64,000 bases of DNA, from NCBI GenBank assembly GCA_973895155.1, contig OZ316893.1:27972210-28036209 (forward strand), given 5' to 3'. This document shows positions 61,311 to 64,000 of this stretch, piece after piece. Below the pieces are notes generated by a model, which had not been told where the DNA came from, made no database searches, and was given only the letters and a program-made list of their open reading frames with translations. Source of the DNA: Marsupella aquatica. Lineage: Eukaryota > Plantae > Marchantiophyta. Each line of letters opens with the position of its first letter. Position 1 is the stretch's first letter. Both the position numbers and the translations under genes were made by a program.

Positions 61311-61705
61311 GTGTACCCTAAAAACACATTAGTATAGTAACAAAAACAAGGAAAATATAAACAATTAAGGGTGACCATGAAACCCGAGCCGAGGCCGGAA
61401 GTAAGGACACCACGACAGGAAACACGATTAGGGTTAGGGCGCGCTAAGTACCGGCGGCTAGGGGTAACCAACGGGAAGGAAGACTAGGCAAGGGGGGTAA
61501 GGACCGATCGCAAGGAATGGCGGCTCATTTGCAAGCACAAACTAAGCAGACAATTACGTGAAGCCAGCTACTGTCAGCTGCTTAGGCAAGCACTTTGGGC
61601 GGGAGCAGATACTGACTATCAACTCAAGGAGGGTATGAGCAACATCAATCAAGCTTCTCATTTCTGGGGATGCCTGTTCGAACGGGAAACTGAGTACATT
61701 GGGAC
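61311..61705 (+). repeat. Copy B of the same family, interrupted by copy C
   Basis: Matches 58860-59257 and stops exactly at ...TACATTGGGAC|TGTGATGCC. Confidence 0.85.
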
Positions 61706-64000
61706 TGTGATGCCTAGACAGGAATCACTCGGCCGGTTAAGTGGGTAAAGCAGGAAGGCACCCTAGGAACACCTTAGTATAGTGACAAAACAAGGAAAAT
61801 ATAAACAATTAGGGGCAACCATGGAACCCGGGCAGAGGCCGGAGGTAAGGCTGAGGGTGAAAACCCGATTAGGGTTAGGGCGCGTTAAGCGTCGGCGGCT
61901 AGGAAGGATCAACGGGAAGAAGGACCGGCAGAGGAGAGGGGTAAGGAGCGCTTGCAGGAGATGGTGGCTCATTTGCGAGCACGAACTAGGCAGACGACTA
62001 CGGGAGGCCAACTACTGTCAGTTGCTTAGGCAAGCACTCGGGGAGAGAGTAGATACCGACGATCGACCTAAGGAGGGTATGAGCAACGTCAATCAAGCGG
62101 CACATTTCTGGGGATGCCTGTTCGAACGGGCAACTGAGTACATCAAGACTTACGAGGACGAGGAATCAGAAAGGGCAGCTCGAGAACGGCAGGAGCTCGC
62201 TCGATTGTGGGAGCTGCAGAAGACGGCTTTCTTAGGAGGCGAACTCATCAAGGACGAGTTCCTGTGGACGCCTACTTCCAATCAACTCGACGATCTTCTG
62301 TTTTGCAAAGACAGCGTCGTCGGCATCCGAGAGGCCATCAAGAACTGCAACGACATACACTGGGAATTAAAGGGTAGCACGGAAAGGTGGACCCGGGCAA
62401 CGGTGCTAGGAGAAACCTCCACGGCAGCAGAGATGAAGAGGAAGGGGGCCGTCAACGATGAAGCCACCCCGGCAAAAAGAACAAGGTCGGCGGCACCAAA
62501 GAAGCCAGCCGAGCAGCAGAGCAAGGGGCAGGGAGAAGCCGAAGAGGAGGAGGTCGATCCCATCAAGGCCATTCCAACTAGGGATGACACCTGGAAGGGC
62601 TGGGCGGCAACCCTACCGGTGGAGGTGCAACTACATTTTGCACGGGAGGAGGATGCATGCTTTACGGCCATGCAGACCAAGAAGTACCAAGGCTTCATGG
62701 CCGGATCCGGCTTGGAGGCCTTTGTAAGATTACCATGGCTGAAGCCGGAGGTACCGGAGTCAGACCTATTAGAATTCGTGGGGTCATGGGAACCCGAGAC
62801 CAATTGCACGAGGATATATGGGAAGGATTTCTATCTTACTCCCAAGGTGATTGCCGAAGTGTTTGGCTTGCCGATGGGCAATAAGACCAAAGTTGATACC
62901 AGGAAGACCTTGCCTGACAAGGAGTTCCGGTCGTTCCCCGGGCCATCAACGAAGAATGGCTTCTTCCGGAACACCTGCACCAACCCGCACATAGGAGAGA
63001 TGATCGACTTCTTGCGGGTGACCATGCATTGTAACTTACCGAGGGCAGAGATCGGCAAGGCACAGGTCTATCTGGCAGAAAGGCCAGACCCAAGCCGGGA
63101 CTACAACGGGTACCTCCTCAACCAATTGAAGAAGATCTTAAAGGAGGAGCAGCAGGTAATCGGCATGGGGAGCGTGTCGCGGCTTGGCTATCACATGCCG
63201 CTGTTGTGCCGGTATGCCAGAGGTCAGACTTTTGCCCCGGTACTTCCCCTGCAGGTAAGGGCACCCGAGGAAGCTCCAACGCCGAGGCCGTTGGCTGAGA
63301 AGCCTCAACCACCTGTTAGTCCTACGATCGAGCAGGTGTTTAGGCCCAGGAAGGAAGACTTGCCGATGCAGCAACCAGGCATGCAGAGTCTGCTGAAACT
63401 ACTGGAGAAAGAAAAGAAATCGGCATCGGCAACAACAACGGCAACGGCAACAATGCAGGACACTACTACAGAGGTAGGCCTACACCGGCTCACAAGAGAA
63501 AACCCCTTTGCTGGAGACAAGAAGAGAATCAGGCCGGAATCCAAGCCAGGTGTTCGAATGTACGTGGGAACCTCAACCTCTGAATCTGAGGCAGAATTGC
63601 CTGAAGCTCCTACCGAGGAAGAGGAGAGGGAGAAGCCGGACGTCCAAGAGGTAGAGGAGGCAGTGGAGGACTGCAGCCATGATAATTCCGGCTATGGGTC
63701 GGACCATCACGTTCCAGGAGTAAGGACCTATGGCCGGTTTGTCCCCACACTTCCAAGGGTAGTGCGAGGGGACCCCAACCAGTAGAGTAGCCCTGAGTCT
63801 CCCCCACCAGATGTTGCTCCCCCGAGCTTTGACGGCATAAAACAGACGGTGCAGGAATTTCAGGAGCGAATCAAGCAGGAGGAAGAGGCCGCCCTGGCTA
63901 AGGAAAAGGATTTACCAGGAGGAGATTGGCCGGAGGACATCAGGCGGCTAGCCGAAAAAGGAAGCAAACCTCTAGCCACGATTGAAGAGATCCGCAGGAC
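61706..64000 (+). mobile_element. Copy C with long accessory ORF (PMD-like); continues past the window
   Basis: ORF 61782..63785 (likely ATG ~62079) with GLEAFVRLPW, VIAEVFGLP and KNGF motifs; the frame stays open after the TAG at 63783-63785 to the window end. Confidence 0.75.

Overview
Eukaryotic, TE-dominated window, most likely from a moss or other bryophyte nuclear genome (inferred from the style of the PLS-DYW PPR protein and the TE families). The one intact host gene is a 26-motif PLS-E-DYW RNA-editing factor (39935-44296, minus). Directly upstream on the same strand lies a deleted, intron-retaining mitochondrial CPN60/HSP60 pseudogene. The rest is nested transposons. (1) A very young Ty1/copia element (1534-8028; LTRs 420/421 identical, GTTAA TSD, tRNA-iMet PBS). 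(2) A Mutator-like SWIM transposase. (3) A truncated L1-like LINE flanked by a 191-bp duplication. (4) A ~12.3-kb TIR element with a Sola2-type DDD transposase, cargo genes (PMD-like/coiled-coil/RING; RPA-like OB fold) and AAGGAC/GTCCTT arrays. (5) The CACTA element into which (4) is inserted; it carries a SET-domain exon between its N-terminal zinc-binding exon and its TnpD exons. (6) A CRE-like RLE LINE relic. (7) Several LTR-like elements with PMD/transposon-protein-like ORFs. The most striking signals are the CACTA-encoded SET domain, which is splice-compatible with the transposase first exon, and a recurring pairing of accessory ORF and family-specific short-motif cluster, reminiscent of VANDAL/VANC anti-silencing. 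All family assignments are by motif recognition by eye; no searches were run.
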